From the NCBI GenBank assembly GCA_026770705.1, contig JANJGN010000088.1, positions 1,054,001 through 1,118,000 on the forward strand: 64,000 nucleotides of DNA, in the 5' to 3' direction. The notes under the pieces were generated by a model, which was not told the origin of the DNA, did not search any database, and saw only the letters and a program-made list of their open reading frames with translations. Source of the stretch: Isurus oxyrinchus. Its lineage: Eukaryota. This document shows, one piece after another, positions 52,200 to 63,517 of the stretch. Made by a program: the position numbers and the translations under genes. The stretch's first letter is position 1. Every line of letters begins with the position of its first letter.

Positions 52200-54345
52200 C
52201 AATAAGTAACATTCACACCACGCAGGTGCCAGGCAATGACCATCTCCAACAAGAGAGAATCTACCCTCATCCCTTGACATTCAGTGGCATTGCTGTCGCT
52301 GAATCCCCCACTATCAACATCTTGGGGATTACCATTGACCAGAAACTGAGCTAGATCATACTGTGGCTACAAGAGCAAGTTAGATGCTGGGAATCCTGTG
52401 AAGAGTAACTCACCTCCAGACTCCCCAAAACCTGTCCACCATCTACAAGGCACAATTCAGGAGTGTGATGGGATACTCTCCACTTGCCTGAATGAGTGCA
52501 GCTCCCACAACATTCGAGAAGCTCGACACCGTCCAGGACAAAGCAGCCCCACTTGATTGGCACCTCACCCACAAACATTCACTTCTTCGACCACTGACGC
52601 ACAGTGGCAGCAGTGTGCGTACCATCTAAAAGATGCACTGCAGGAACTCACCAAGGCTCCTCAGACGGCACCTTCCAAACCCACGACCACTACCGTCTAG
52701 ATGGACAAGGGCAGCTAACACATGGGGAACACCCACCTCCTGGAAGTTTCTCTCCGAGCCCCTCACCTTCCCGACTTGGAAATATATCGGCTGTTCCTTC
52801 ACTGTCGCTGGGTCAAAATTCTGGAACTCCCTCCCTAACAGTGCTGTGGGTGTACCTACACCACAGGGACAAAATTATGGAACTCCCTCCCTAACAGCGC
52901 TGTGGGTGTACCTACACTACAGGGGACAAAATCCTGGAACTCCCTCCCTAACAGCACTGTGGGTATACCTACACCACAGAGACAAAATCCTGGAACTCCC
53001 TCCCTAACAGCGCAGTGGGTGTACCTACACCACACAGGGGACAAAATCCTGGAATTCCCTCCCTAACAGCGCCGTGGGTGTACCTACACCACAGGGGATA
53101 AAATCCTGGAACTCCCTCCCTAACAGCGCTGTGGGTGTACCTACACCACAGAGACAAAATCCTGGAACTCCCTCCCTAACAGCGCTGTGGGTGTACCTAC
53201 ACCACAGAGACAAAATCCTGGAACTCCCTCCCTAACAGCGCCGTGGGTATACCTACACCACAGGGGACAAAATCCTGGAGCTCCCTCCCTAACAGCGCCG
53301 TGGGTGTACCTACACCACAGGGGACAAAATCCTGGAACTCCCTCCCTAACAGCGCTGTGGGTGTACCTACACCACAGAGACAAAATCCTGGAACTCCCTC
53401 CCTAACAGCGCCGTGGGTGTACCTACACCACAGGGGACAAAATCCTGGAGCTCCCTCCCTAACAGCGCCGTGGGTGTACCTACACCACAGGGGACAAAAT
53501 CCTGGAACTCCCTCCCTAACAGCACTGTGGGTGTATCTACATCACACAGGGGACAAAATCCTGGAACTCCCTCCCTAACAGCACTGTGGGTGTACCTACA
53601 CCACACAGGGGACTAAATCCTGGAACTCCCTCCCTAACAGCGCTGTGGGTGTACCTACACCACAGGGGACAAAATCCTGCAACTCCCTCCCTAACAGCGC
53701 TGTGGGTGTACCTACACCACAGGGGACAAAATCCTGGAGCTCCCTCCCTAACAGCGCTGTGGGTGTACCTACACCACAGGGGACAAAATCCTGCAACTCC
53801 CTCCCTAACAGCGCCGTGGGTGTACCTACACCACAGGGGACAAAATCCTGGAACTCCCTCCCTAACAGCACCGTGGGTGTACCTACACCACACAGGGGAC
53901 AAAATCCTGGAACTCCCTCCCTAACAGCGCTGTGGGTGTACCTACACCACAGGGACAAAATCCTGGAACTCCCTCCCTAACAGCACTGTGGGTGTACCTA
54001 CACCACAGGGACAAAATCCTGGAACTCCCTCCCTAACAGCGCTGTGGGTGTACCTACACCACAGGGACAAAATCCTGGAGCTCCCTCCCTAACAGCACTG
54101 TGGGTGTACCTACACCACAGGGACAAAATCCTGGAACTCCCTCCCTAACAGCACTGTGGGTGTACCTACACCACAGAGACAAAATCCTGGACCTCCCTCC
54201 CTAACAGCGCTGTGGGTGTACCTACACCACACGGACTGCAGCGGTTCAAGAAACCAGCTTACCACCACCACCTGTAGGGGCAATTAGGTATGGGCAATAA
54301 ATGCTAGCCTGACCAGCGAAGCCCACATCCCATAAATGAATGAAA
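52200..54345 (+). mobile_element. CR1-clade LINE 3' fragment hosting the 57-bp array
   Basis: LINE sequence runs into the array and resumes after it (GGACTGCAGCGGTTCAAG...GGGCAATAAATGCT). Confidence 0.85.
52812..54232. repeat. 56-59 bp tandem array (~25 copies) amplified from a LINE 3' UTR in the J-C intron
   Basis: Unit GGACAAAATCCTGGAACTCCCTCCCTAACAGCGCTGTGGGTGTACCTACACCACAG. The same sequence occurs once in other LINE tails in the window (e.g. ~62230 and ~24680). Confidence 0.95.
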
Positions 54346-56193
54346 AAAGATAACCACTGCAAAAAAAGCCATGTCTAAAATCATCTGGGCACAAGAAATG
54401 TTTGACTGTCCAGTTTTCAACATCTTTGGTAAAGAAGAATGTGAATTGGGAATCGCACAGACCGAGGTATTTTATTCCAGTTAAATTAACCCCTCACTAA
54501 GTGTTTGTGCTCAGTGATGTTAGAATCAAACACTCCAGGCTAGAAGTACATCTCGGGCTGTGACACTAAATGGGTGGTTATTGGACCACCCGCCCCTTAT
54601 AACAGAGCCTGTTATTCAGTTCCATTTCAGTCAGTGGAATTAAATATCAGGCACTGGGTTTAACAGGCGGCCGGTCTGATACCACCGGTTTCACACCACC
54701 ACCCGAGACAAATTTCCACTCCACTGAATCCATGTGGATATACGAGGTGGAATGAAATTCTACTGTGCGCTTTTTCTAAAATTCAGTTGTTTGGGTAAAG
54801 TTCTGTGGGGGACATATTGAAATCATCATTGCCCTTTTTATGTTAATCGAGTAAACGATGCAATTGAAACACACAAATTTCAATCAGATGCAGAAAAATT
54901 AGTATAAGTAGATCCTGGGAGAATTTACCATTCCCAGAAATATTCAGAGAAATGCAATTCCCTTCACAGAACCTTTGCTCTCCCACCCTGGCCGGTTTAA
55001 AGCCACCACTGAAACTCCTTTACCTCGAATAGATCATAAACCTGCCCCTGAAATAGGATCTTGTTTCCCTCAAGTCGGACTTTAATTTGGGAAACTGTCT
55101 CCATCAAAAAGGAGCGATCAGAACCCCCTGAATATTAAACACTTGCTCCACTAACATTGCGACAAGAAATATTTTCCTTGCCCATTGGATTCCTAGTCAG
55201 GGTGATATTAATTGTTGAGTTCATATATGTCCATGAAATTTCATTGTTTTAATCCAATAATTGGAAACACTGAAACAGTGATGGGAAAAATATGATATCA
55301 ATAAATTAACAACTAACAGATCCATTGCTGTTATTGCCCAAGAACAATTTGAGCCACACAGAAACCCTTCCAGTTCTCAATCCTTCAGTGTGGGAGCTGA
55401 TTTTCTGGAGGTGACAGATGATTTAAACTCTCTATTGAGAGTTCGTACATCACCGATTGTTAAACAATTATTATTAAAGCACAAATCAAATCTTAACTCA
55501 ATGAGATACAATCTTATTCCACATGCAGTCTGTTTCCTGTCCGACTGGACAGTTCACAACTGGTTTATACTGCAAGCTTGTTGGGATGAAGCATTTTTAA
55601 CAAACACAAAAAGTATTTCTCACTCTGTGTAAACCATTATCCCTCCGTGATCACTAACTTATCAAGTGAAATACGGAACTTATTCTTTTTACACCTAAAA
55701 ACTGTTTCAGCAATGGTCAAACAGTAAAAAATAAAATTTTAAACAACTGTGACACCAAATATTAAATCACAACACAATTGGATGATGTGTTTTAACTCAG
55801 ATTATAACAAAATCTTAACCTGCTTGTAAATAGCCGAAAATCCAAAATCACCAAACCTGCCCCAAAATAACAAGTGTCCTGAAAACTATAATCTGGATCA
55901 AGCAGAATATATTAAGCAGATGCTGGAATCTTTATTATATTACGAGAATCAATTCTGCAGTGCTAAATCTTAACTCTTGAGAATAAATCCAGTTATCAGA
56001 TTTCAGCTCCATATACTGGGTATATTCTTGATTCTACAGAAATCCAACTGTCTCAGACAGGATCATGTAATTGTTCTAAATATCTCACTGATTTCAGATG
56101 AATTATACATTGCACTTGAATTACCAAATTCACTAAAAACAAAAATTAAAGAAAGTAAATATTAGGCAAGGAAGGAATTGAGAAGTTTCTTAC

Positions 56194-56241
56194 CTGAAGT
56201 CACTTCCAGGAAGGTTCCACTCCCCCAGTAATCAAGATAGT
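56194..56241 (-). CDS. IgW: JH segment (YLDYWGSGTFLEVTS)
   Basis: WGxG motif, phase-1 donor TCAG|GTAAGA, preceded by a 23-RSS. Confidence 0.96.
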
Positions 56242-56280
56242 CACTGTGCTCCATCTCCTCGTTCACCCAATACAATAACT
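56242..56280 (+). promoter_or_regulatory. J 5' recombination signal sequence, 23-bp spacer
   Basis: CACTGTG - 23 nt - ACAATAACT read away from the J coding end. Confidence 0.9.
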
Positions 56281-56616
56281 GAACTTGTCCACGATATGTA
56301 ATAATCTCAGGGTAATGTAAACATAAACCGTGTTTTAACCTGGAACAGCGTTTCCTGTATCTTAATCTGAAATTCCATCCTAAACCTGTTCCAAATGTAT
56401 GAATGAATGAAGCATTTTTGCAGTTTTCTTGTGCGTGGACACCAGCTCCTGCACGTTACCAACAAACAGAATTGCCTCCTTTTTGTCTTTTATCTTCCCT
56501 GAAATCAACATTTCCTCCAACAATCCGAGTCAGTGTTTAAATATTTCACTCTGGGAAACACGAATGTGGAATCCATGGACACAGACTCTGATACACATGG
56601 TCATTTGTAGTGAGGG

Positions 56617-56681
56617 AGTTTCTGTCAAGCTCTCTACTGCTGTGGTTCCATATCACAGTGCTTCACCCCAGATCATAAACC
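56617..56681 (-). other. D3 segment with RSSs (coding 56645-56653, ATATGGAAC; 12/12 RSS)
   Basis: 5' side CACAGTG-12-TCATAAACC; 3' side CACAGCA-12-ACAGAAACT. Confidence 0.88.
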
Positions 56682-57020
56682 ATGGGTATAAGATCCAACC
56701 TGAAATAAACTGTCCCAAACAAGCAGCCAGTAGTTTTATTAACTCCTCAGTCTGTATTCGTGTGTCCCCTATGCACCAGGTGTCAAACTCAGGGTTTTCC
56801 AGGACTTTACAGGAAGATGAGATAATCCACAAGGAGTTTTCATTGTTCTTCATCCTCTCTCTGTTACTCACTGTTCTTTCACCTTTCAAATATCATCTTC
56901 AAAGAAAGTTGTTCACACAGCCAGATTATTTAATCGATATCTGATTTATATCCACGGGTCAGGAGGTAAAGGTCGGTGATATCGCCCAAAGGGTCCAGTT
57001 TAAATAGTTTTCCTGTGACA

Positions 57021-57102
57021 GGTTTTTGAATGGAGGGATCCCCCGTCTCTCTCACTGTGTCACTCCAGTATAGACACTGTGATCCACACCCGTACATTAA
57101 CC
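57021..57102 (-). other. D2 segment with RSSs (coding 57060-57074, TCTATACTGGAGTGA; 5' 12-RSS, 3' 23-RSS)
   Basis: RSSs identical to those of D1; lies in the second copy of a local duplication. Confidence 0.93.
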
Positions 57103-57745
57103 TCCTCCCCTTTCACTTTCACTGAGCCCAGTCACTTCACATTTAAACCACACTGACACTGCTACAAGTGAGCAGTCCTGCTCTCGGATTCACACTGACG
57201 ATGGTTTGGGATGTGATGTTTCAGTGGTTCTGTTACTGGATCAGTGATCTGAAGGCTGGGTTTAATATTCCAGGGAATCCTGAGTTCAATCCCTCTGTGG
57301 GAATCTGGGAATTTCGCTTTAAAAATCTGGGGAAAATGCTGGGATCAGTAAAAGTGACCATGAAGCTGTTGGATTGTCATAAAAAAACCAACTGGTTCAG
57401 CCTTGTCTTGAATGAAAGGAAATCCGGTCTAGTCTATAGGTGACTCCAGTCTCACACTCAATGTGGTTGACTCTTACCTGCCCTCTGAAGGGGTCAGTGA
57501 GGCTCTCGGTTACCATCATTTTCTCAGGGTAACGAGGGATGGGGAACAAATGTCAGACTTGACAGTGACCTCTTCACCCGACAGCTGTTACTCACTCTTG
57601 TTTCTGTCTTTCAAATATCATCCTCAAAGAAAGTTGTTCACACAGCCAGATTATTTAATCGGGATCTGATTTATATCCACGGGTCAGGAGGTAAAGGTCG
57701 GTGGTATCGCCCAAAGGGTCCAGTTTAAATAGTTTTCCTGTGACA

Positions 57746-57826
57746 GGTTTTTGAATGGAGGGATCCCCCGTCTCTCTCACTGTGCCACGTAGTATAGACA
57801 CTGTGATCCACACCCGTACATTAACC
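57746..57826 (-). other. D1 segment with RSSs (coding 57785-57798, TCTATACTACGTGG; 5' 12-RSS, 3' 23-RSS)
   Basis: 5' side CACTGTG-12-ACATTAACC; 3' side CACAGTG-23-TCAAAAACC. Confidence 0.93.
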
Positions 57827-58175
57827 TCCTCCCCTTTCACTGTCACTGAGCCCAGTCACTTCACATTTAAACCACACTGACACTGCTACAAGTGAGCAGT
57901 CCTGCTCTCGGATTCACACTGACGATGGTTTGGGATGAGGTGCTACAGTTTATCGAGATTTTGTTAAACGTGTCCCGAGCCCGAATTTCTGTCGGCTCCC
58001 AGGTTTCCCATCACATCTCCAGCCCAGGAATCCCCAGCGAATAGTCCCATTCCCATTTCCGGGGAAAGGCAGATCCCAACACAATCAGGATGGGAATAAA
58101 GCTGTGCTGATAACTGAGGGTGAGCGATCATTCCTCCCCTTTCACTCACTCCCCTGACTGCAGATTCTCTCACTG

Positions 58176-58214
58176 AGTTTTTGTCCCAGTCCAGCCCTGC
58201 TTCCTCTCACTGTG
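58176..58214 (-). promoter_or_regulatory. V 3' recombination signal sequence, 23-bp spacer
   Basis: CACAGTG - 23 nt - ACAAAAACT on the minus strand. Confidence 0.96.
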
Positions 58215-58512
58215 TCCCTCGCACAATAATAGATGGCAGTGTCGTCCGCTCTCAGATTAGGAATCTTAATGGAGGTTGTGGAAGATTCAGTTGAAAACGT
58301 AATTCGACCCTGAACTCCAGGCGCGTAGTAAGTGCTATATCCTCCTCCGTAACGAAGTAACCATTCCAGCCCTTTTCCGGGTACCTGTTTCACCCAGTGT
58401 ATGGGGTAGCTGCTGAGACTGAACCCACTCACTGTACAGGACAGTGTGACAGACTCCCCCGGCGTTTTCTCAGCTGACTTGGGCTGGGTCAGCACGACAG
58501 CGGACCAGACAC
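58215..58512 (-). CDS. IgW: IgW VH exon (leader remainder VWS + AVVLTQP...TAIYYCAR)
   Basis: Acceptor TTAACAG|GT. Canonical V-set motifs SC, WVKQVPGKGLEW, DTAIYYCAR. Open frame ending directly at an RSS heptamer. Confidence 0.96.
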
Positions 58513-58624
58513 CTGTTAATAAAAGAGAAAAAGAAGTTAATAAACCCGTTGGACAAAGAGAGGGTCAAAGAGTCTCTGAATAAGCAGCCGCACTGTGTGG
58601 GGATAAAGCCACAGGACCCCTCAC

Positions 58625-58670
58625 CTGTCAGACAGAGCAGAAGGACACAGAGATAAGGAGCAAACCCCAT
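58625..58670 (-). CDS. IgW: IgW leader exon (MGFAPYLCVLLLCLT-G)
   Basis: ATG at 58670, hydrophobic signal peptide, phase-1 donor ACAG|GTGAG, 112-bp intron to the V exon. Confidence 0.93.
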
Positions 58671-58755
58671 CGCCCTGTGTTTTCAGACACAGACTCAGAC
58701 ACTCCAGAAATCGGCTGCTTCAGGGCGCCTGTGTTTGGAGCTGGAGTCAGTGCTG

Positions 58756-58763
58756 TTTAAATA
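58756..58763 (-). promoter_or_regulatory. Candidate TATA box of the VH promoter
   Basis: TATTTAAA about 90 bp upstream of the leader ATG, with an ETS-like GGAAGTG adjacent. No octamer seen nearby. Confidence 0.5.
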
Positions 58764-58990
58764 GGGAAGTGGAGTGAGTGAGGGTCCCACAGTTTAAACA
58801 GCAGCCCCACCCACTGAAACCAGAAGCTCAGCTTCCTGTCCCCGCCTCCAGCACAGATTTCAATTCTCTACAAGTTATTTATTTATTCAACAGGCAGAGG
58901 ATCAGCAGCAATAATAAATTAAAGATCCAGTCACACTTTGTCCTGGTCATTTATCTCAAAGGTAAACAGTTTGTGTACAACAGATAAACT

Positions 58991-59857
58991 GAGACACCAG
59001 TCAGTGTGAAACACCCTGAGAGAGGAGGACTGAGGGACACCAGTCAGTGTGAAACTCCCTGAGAGAGGAGGACTGAGGGACACCAGTCAGTGTGAAACTC
59101 CCTGAGAGAGGGGGACTGAGGGACACCAGTCAGTGTGAAACTCCCTGAGAGAGGAGGACTGAGGGACACCAGTCAGTGTGAAACTCCCTGAGAGAGGAGG
59201 ACTGAGGGACACCAGTCAGTGTGAAACTCCCTGAGAGAGGAGGACTGAGGGACAGCAGTCAGTGTGAAACTCCCTGAGAGAGGAGGACTGAGGGACACCA
59301 GTCAGTGTGAAACTCCCTGAGAGAGGGGGACTGAGGGACACCAGTGTGAAACTCCCTGAGAGAGGAGGACTGAGGGACACCAGTCAGTGTGAAACTCCCT
59401 GAGAGAGGAGGACTGAGGGACACCAGTCAGTGTGAAACTCCCTGAGAGAGGAGGACTGAGGGACACCAGTCAGTGTGAAACTCCCTGAGAGAGGAGGACT
59501 GAGGGACACCAGTCAGTGTGATACTCCCTGAGAGAGGAGGACTGAGGGACACCAGTGTGAAACTCCCTGAGAGAGGAGGACTGAGGGACACCAGTCAGTG
59601 TGAAACTCCCTGAGAGAGGAGGACTGAGGGACACCAGTCAGTGTGAAACTCCCTGAGAGAGGAGGACTGAGGGACACCAGTCAGTGTGAAACTCCCTGAG
59701 AGAGGAGGACTGAGGGACACCAGTCAATGTGAAACTCCCTGAGAGAGGAGGACTGAGGGACACCAGTCAGTGTGAAACTCCCTGAGAGAGGAGGACTGAG
59801 GGACACCAGTCAGTGTGAAACTCCCTGAGAGAGGAGGACTGAGAGACACCAGTCAGT
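58991..59857. repeat. 43-bp tandem array (~20 copies) upstream of the VH promoter
   Basis: Unit GGACACCAGTCAGTGTGAAACTCCCTGAGAGAGGAGGACTGAG. Two units lack a CAGT. Confidence 0.96.
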
Positions 59858-59899
59858 TTACAGATATCTCCCTGAGATAGAGATAATGAGACAAAAATG

Positions 59900-60480
59900 T
59901 ACTTTATTTATAAAATTGGTAAAAGTACATTAAATAACAGTTTAAATTTGATGTCACCAAAAGCACCAGACAGACCAGTTTCTTTCAATACAGGACATGA
60001 GTTATCTCACGACATTCATCTTTACATTTCATGTCAAACATTGTCTCTGGTTTGTACAGCCTGAGGGGGTTTACATGGGTTCCCGCCCCTTGATAAACTA
60101 TGCCTGATGTGCCTTCGACAGTGGCCCTTTCCCACTGAGCCTATGTGGCAGATGTCCCAAGATTTAATGCCTCCCTCAGCACGTAGTCTGAACGTCCCAG
60201 TCTGCAACACCCAGTCATGGACAGATCTGTGCACTGGAAAACCAGCAGGTTTCAGACAGACCAAAGAGTGTCTTTCACCGAGTTGATGGCCCACCTGCAG
60301 CAGTTGATGTTTATCCCACTGTCTGTCCCTGGGAACAGCCTGTAGAACACCGAGTCCTGTGTTACAGATCTGCTCAGGGTGAATCTTGATACAAAGCACA
60401 GCATCTCTTTCCAGACCTACTTTGTAAATGCAGTGGGAGATGGTCTCACCCCCACCACAGTCATCTCACAGGCAGTGTGC
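59900..60480 (-). mobile_element. Probable Tx1/L1-clade LINE 3' fragment
   Basis: Minus-strand NINCC.WAINSVKDTLWS resembles Tx1-type ORF2 C-termini, and ends in an AATAAA-like tail. Confidence 0.45.
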
Positions 60481-60704
60481 TGAGGCAATGAGCTTCTGTT
60501 CATACAGGGAAGGATTTGATGGGAAGGACCCTTCTCATCATCAGCCAAGCTACAATAAATGCTGGCATTGCCAGTGGCGTCCACATGTCAAGAATGAATG
60601 AAAAACAGAGGTAACTGGATGGAAGTTGGGTTATAAATTGAGCACAAGTTGTCACAGGGTCAAGACAATAAACATTACGTTTGTGTGGGAATCGGGAAAG
60701 ACAC

Positions 60705-62395
60705 CTCTCACCATCTTCAGCCAGATGTGCCGAGAGGGTGATTCTTCTCGGCCTCCTCCTGAGGTCCCAGGCACCACAGATGCCAGTCTTCAGCCAATGC
60801 GATTACTTTTCTAACATCAAGAAAAGGCTGAAGGCACTTTGGATAGTGCAAAGGCTATGGTCCCTGAAAATATTCCGGCAATAGTACTGAAGGCTTGTGC
60901 TCCAGAACTTGCCGTGCCATTAGCCAAGCTGTTCCAGTACAGCTACAACACTAGCATCTACCTGGTTACGTGGAAAATTGCTCAGGTATGTCCTGTACAC
61001 AAAAAGCAGGACAAATCCAACCCGGCCAATTACTGCCCCATCAGTCTACTCTCATTCACCAGTACAGTAATCGAAGGGGTCATCAACAATGCTAACAAGT
61101 GGCACTTGCTTAGCAATAACCTGCTCACTGATGCCCAGTTTTGGTTCTGCCAGGGCGACTCAGTTCCTGACCTCATTACAGCCTTGGCTCAAACATGAAC
61201 AAAAGGGCTGAACTCCAACGGTGCGGTGCGAGTGGCTGCCCTTGACATCAAGGCCACATTTGACCGAGTGTGGCATCAAAGAGCCCGAGCAAAACTGGAG
61301 TCAATGGAAATCAGGGGGAAACTCTCCACTGGTTAGAGTTATACCTCGCACAAAGGAAGATGGTTGTAGTTGTTGGAAGTCAATCATCTTATTCCCAGGA
61401 CATCACTGCAGGATTTTCTTTGGGTAGTGCCCTGGGCCCAACCATCTTCAGCTGCTTCATCAATGACCTTCCTTCCATCATAAGGTCAGAAGTGGGGATG
61501 TTCACTTTTGATTAGACAATGTTCAGCACCATTCACGACTCCTCAGATACTGAAGCAGTCCTTGTCCAAATGCAGCAAGAACAGGACAGCATTCAGGCTT
61601 GTGCTGATAAGTGGCAACTAATATTCGTACCATGCAAATGCCAGGCAATGACCATCTCCAACAAGAGAAAATCTAACCATCGCCCCTTGACATTCGATGG
61701 CATTACCATCACTGAATCCCCCACTATCAACATCCTGGGAATTACCGTTGGCCAGAAACAACTGGACGAGACATATAAATACTGTGGCTCCAAAAGCAGC
61801 TCAGAGGCTGGGAATCCTGCAACGAGTAACTCATCTCCTGACACCCCAAAGCCTGTCCAACATCTACAAGGCACAAATCAGGAGTGTGATGGAATAGTCT
61901 CCATTTGCCTGGATGAGTGCAGCTCCAACAACACTCGAGAAGCTCGACACTATCCAGGCCAAAACAGCCCCACTTGAATGGCACCCCATCCACAAACATT
62001 CATGCCCTCCACCACTGACACACAGTAGCAGCAGTGTCAACCATCTACAAGATGCACTGCAGCAACTGACCAAGGCTCTTTAGGCTGCACTTTCCGAACC
62101 CAATGACCACTACCATCTAGAAGCACAAGGACAGCAGGTACATGGGAACACCACCGCCTGGAAGTTCTCCTCCAAGTCACTCACCATCCTGGCATGGAAA
62201 TATATCTCTGTTCCTCATTGTCGCTGGGTCAAAATCCTGGAAATCCCTTCCTAACAGCACTGCTGGTGTACCAAACCACAGGGGACTGCAGACGTTCAAG
62301 AAGACAGCTCACCACCACCTTCTCAAGGGCAACTAGGGATGGGCAATAAATGCTGTACAAGCCAGAGAAGCCCACATACCATGAATGAATTAAAA
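60705..62395 (+). mobile_element. CR1-clade LINE RT and 3' end
   Basis: WKIAQVCPVHKKQDKSNPANY.PISLLS, LGPTIFSCFINDLP motifs and the family tail. Confidence 0.88.
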
Positions 62396-63517
62396 CAAAA
62401 ACATTGTGTTAAATGGTCAGTCTGAGAGGGGCAGGTCTTTGGATGCAGAGTTTCCAGGAACAGAACACAGACAGCAAGAGAGGATTTTGGAAACAGAAGG
62501 CCGCTCAGTCATCTGGGCAGCCAAATGATGCTAGAAACACAGTTCTGAGCACCAGACCTGAGGGAAGATGTGAATACCTTAGAAAGAGTACAGAGGATGT
62601 TTTTACCAGGATGTTACTAGGGATGAGGACTTCAGTTATGAGGAGAGGGGATTCAGTGATGGTAATGCCATCGAACGTCAAGGGGTGATGGTTGAATTCT
62701 TTCTTGTTGAAGATGGTCATTGCCTGGCATTTACATGAATGTTAGTTGCCACTTATCAGCACAAGCCTGAATGCTGTCCTGTTCTTGCTGCATTTGGACA
62801 AGGACTGCTTCGGTATCTGAGGAGTCGTGAATGGTGCTGAACATTGTCTCATCAAAAGTGAACATCCCCACTTCTGACCTTATGATGGAAGGAAGGTCAT
62901 TGATGAAGCAGCTGAAGATGGTTGGGCCCAGGGCTGTTCTCTTTGGAAGCTCCAGAATTGCCTCCTTAAAACTCTCCACTTCTCTCCCTTCCTTTAAGAC
63001 ACTTTTCCAATCATAAAACTCTTTGAACAAGCATTTGGTCATCTACACTAATATCTCCTTATGTGGCTTGGTGTTACATTTTGTTTAATAATGTTCCTGT
63101 GAAGCACCGTGGAATGTTTTACAATGTTAAAGGTGCTGTATAAATACAAGTTGTTGTTGTTGTTGGAACAGTGAATGTTCAGAGGTGAACTAATAGATGG
63201 TGTGCAGTTTTATAAAAGACCACCTGTCCCCCGACCTCCCCCCATTGCTTACAAACGGTTCTTGGACTTTACAATTTATAAAGAACAAAAGTAGACAGAC
63301 ACAGGGTTTGGCTCAACCATAAATTTGTTGCTTTATTTTACCCACTAATATCCCCAGTACAGATACCTCAAAGATCAGTTGAAATGACATAGAAACCACC
63401 CCCCCCAGAAAAATAAACAACCTGTCCCTAGTACAAAACACCCTGGGGTTTGACTGACAGACCCCAAGCTCATAAAAAATAAACAGACCTTCTATGAAAT
63501 GAAAGCAAATAAAAGCT

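Larger units (their letters stand above)
56861..57936. repeat. Direct duplication of ~350 bp containing a D segment (copies 56861-57213 and 57585-57936)
   Basis: By-eye alignment: about 5 substitutions over ~310 bp of flank outside the D core, with a more divergent left edge. Confidence 0.93.
35160..58670 (-). other. IgW: Complete germline IgW heavy-chain gene cluster (L-V-D-D-D-J-CH1..CH6-Sec-TM1-TM2, plus short secretory tail exon)
   Basis: Single V, three D and one J with 12/23 RSSs, six C1-set exons, a Cys-rich tail after CH2, a canonical tailpiece on CH6 and two TM exons. Six CH domains plus the 2-domain short form with an unusual tail is the established IgW organisation (IgM has 4 CH; IgNAR has 5 C and a different V). 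Confidence 0.93.

Noticed and set aside
35160-58670. IgNAR or IgM identity (three D segments suggested IgNAR)
   Set aside because: The V has a full FR2/CDR2 with GKGLEW, J has WGxG, CH1 has the light-chain Cys, and there are six CH exons plus the short-form tail. This fits IgW.
52812-59857. Tandem arrays as CRISPR-like loci
   Set aside because: Units are contiguous with no unique spacers, there are no cas genes, and the DNA is vertebrate.
58991-59857. Heptamer-like CACACTG in every 43-bp unit as cryptic RSSs
   Set aside because: No nonamer-like sequence at 12 or 23 bp spacing.
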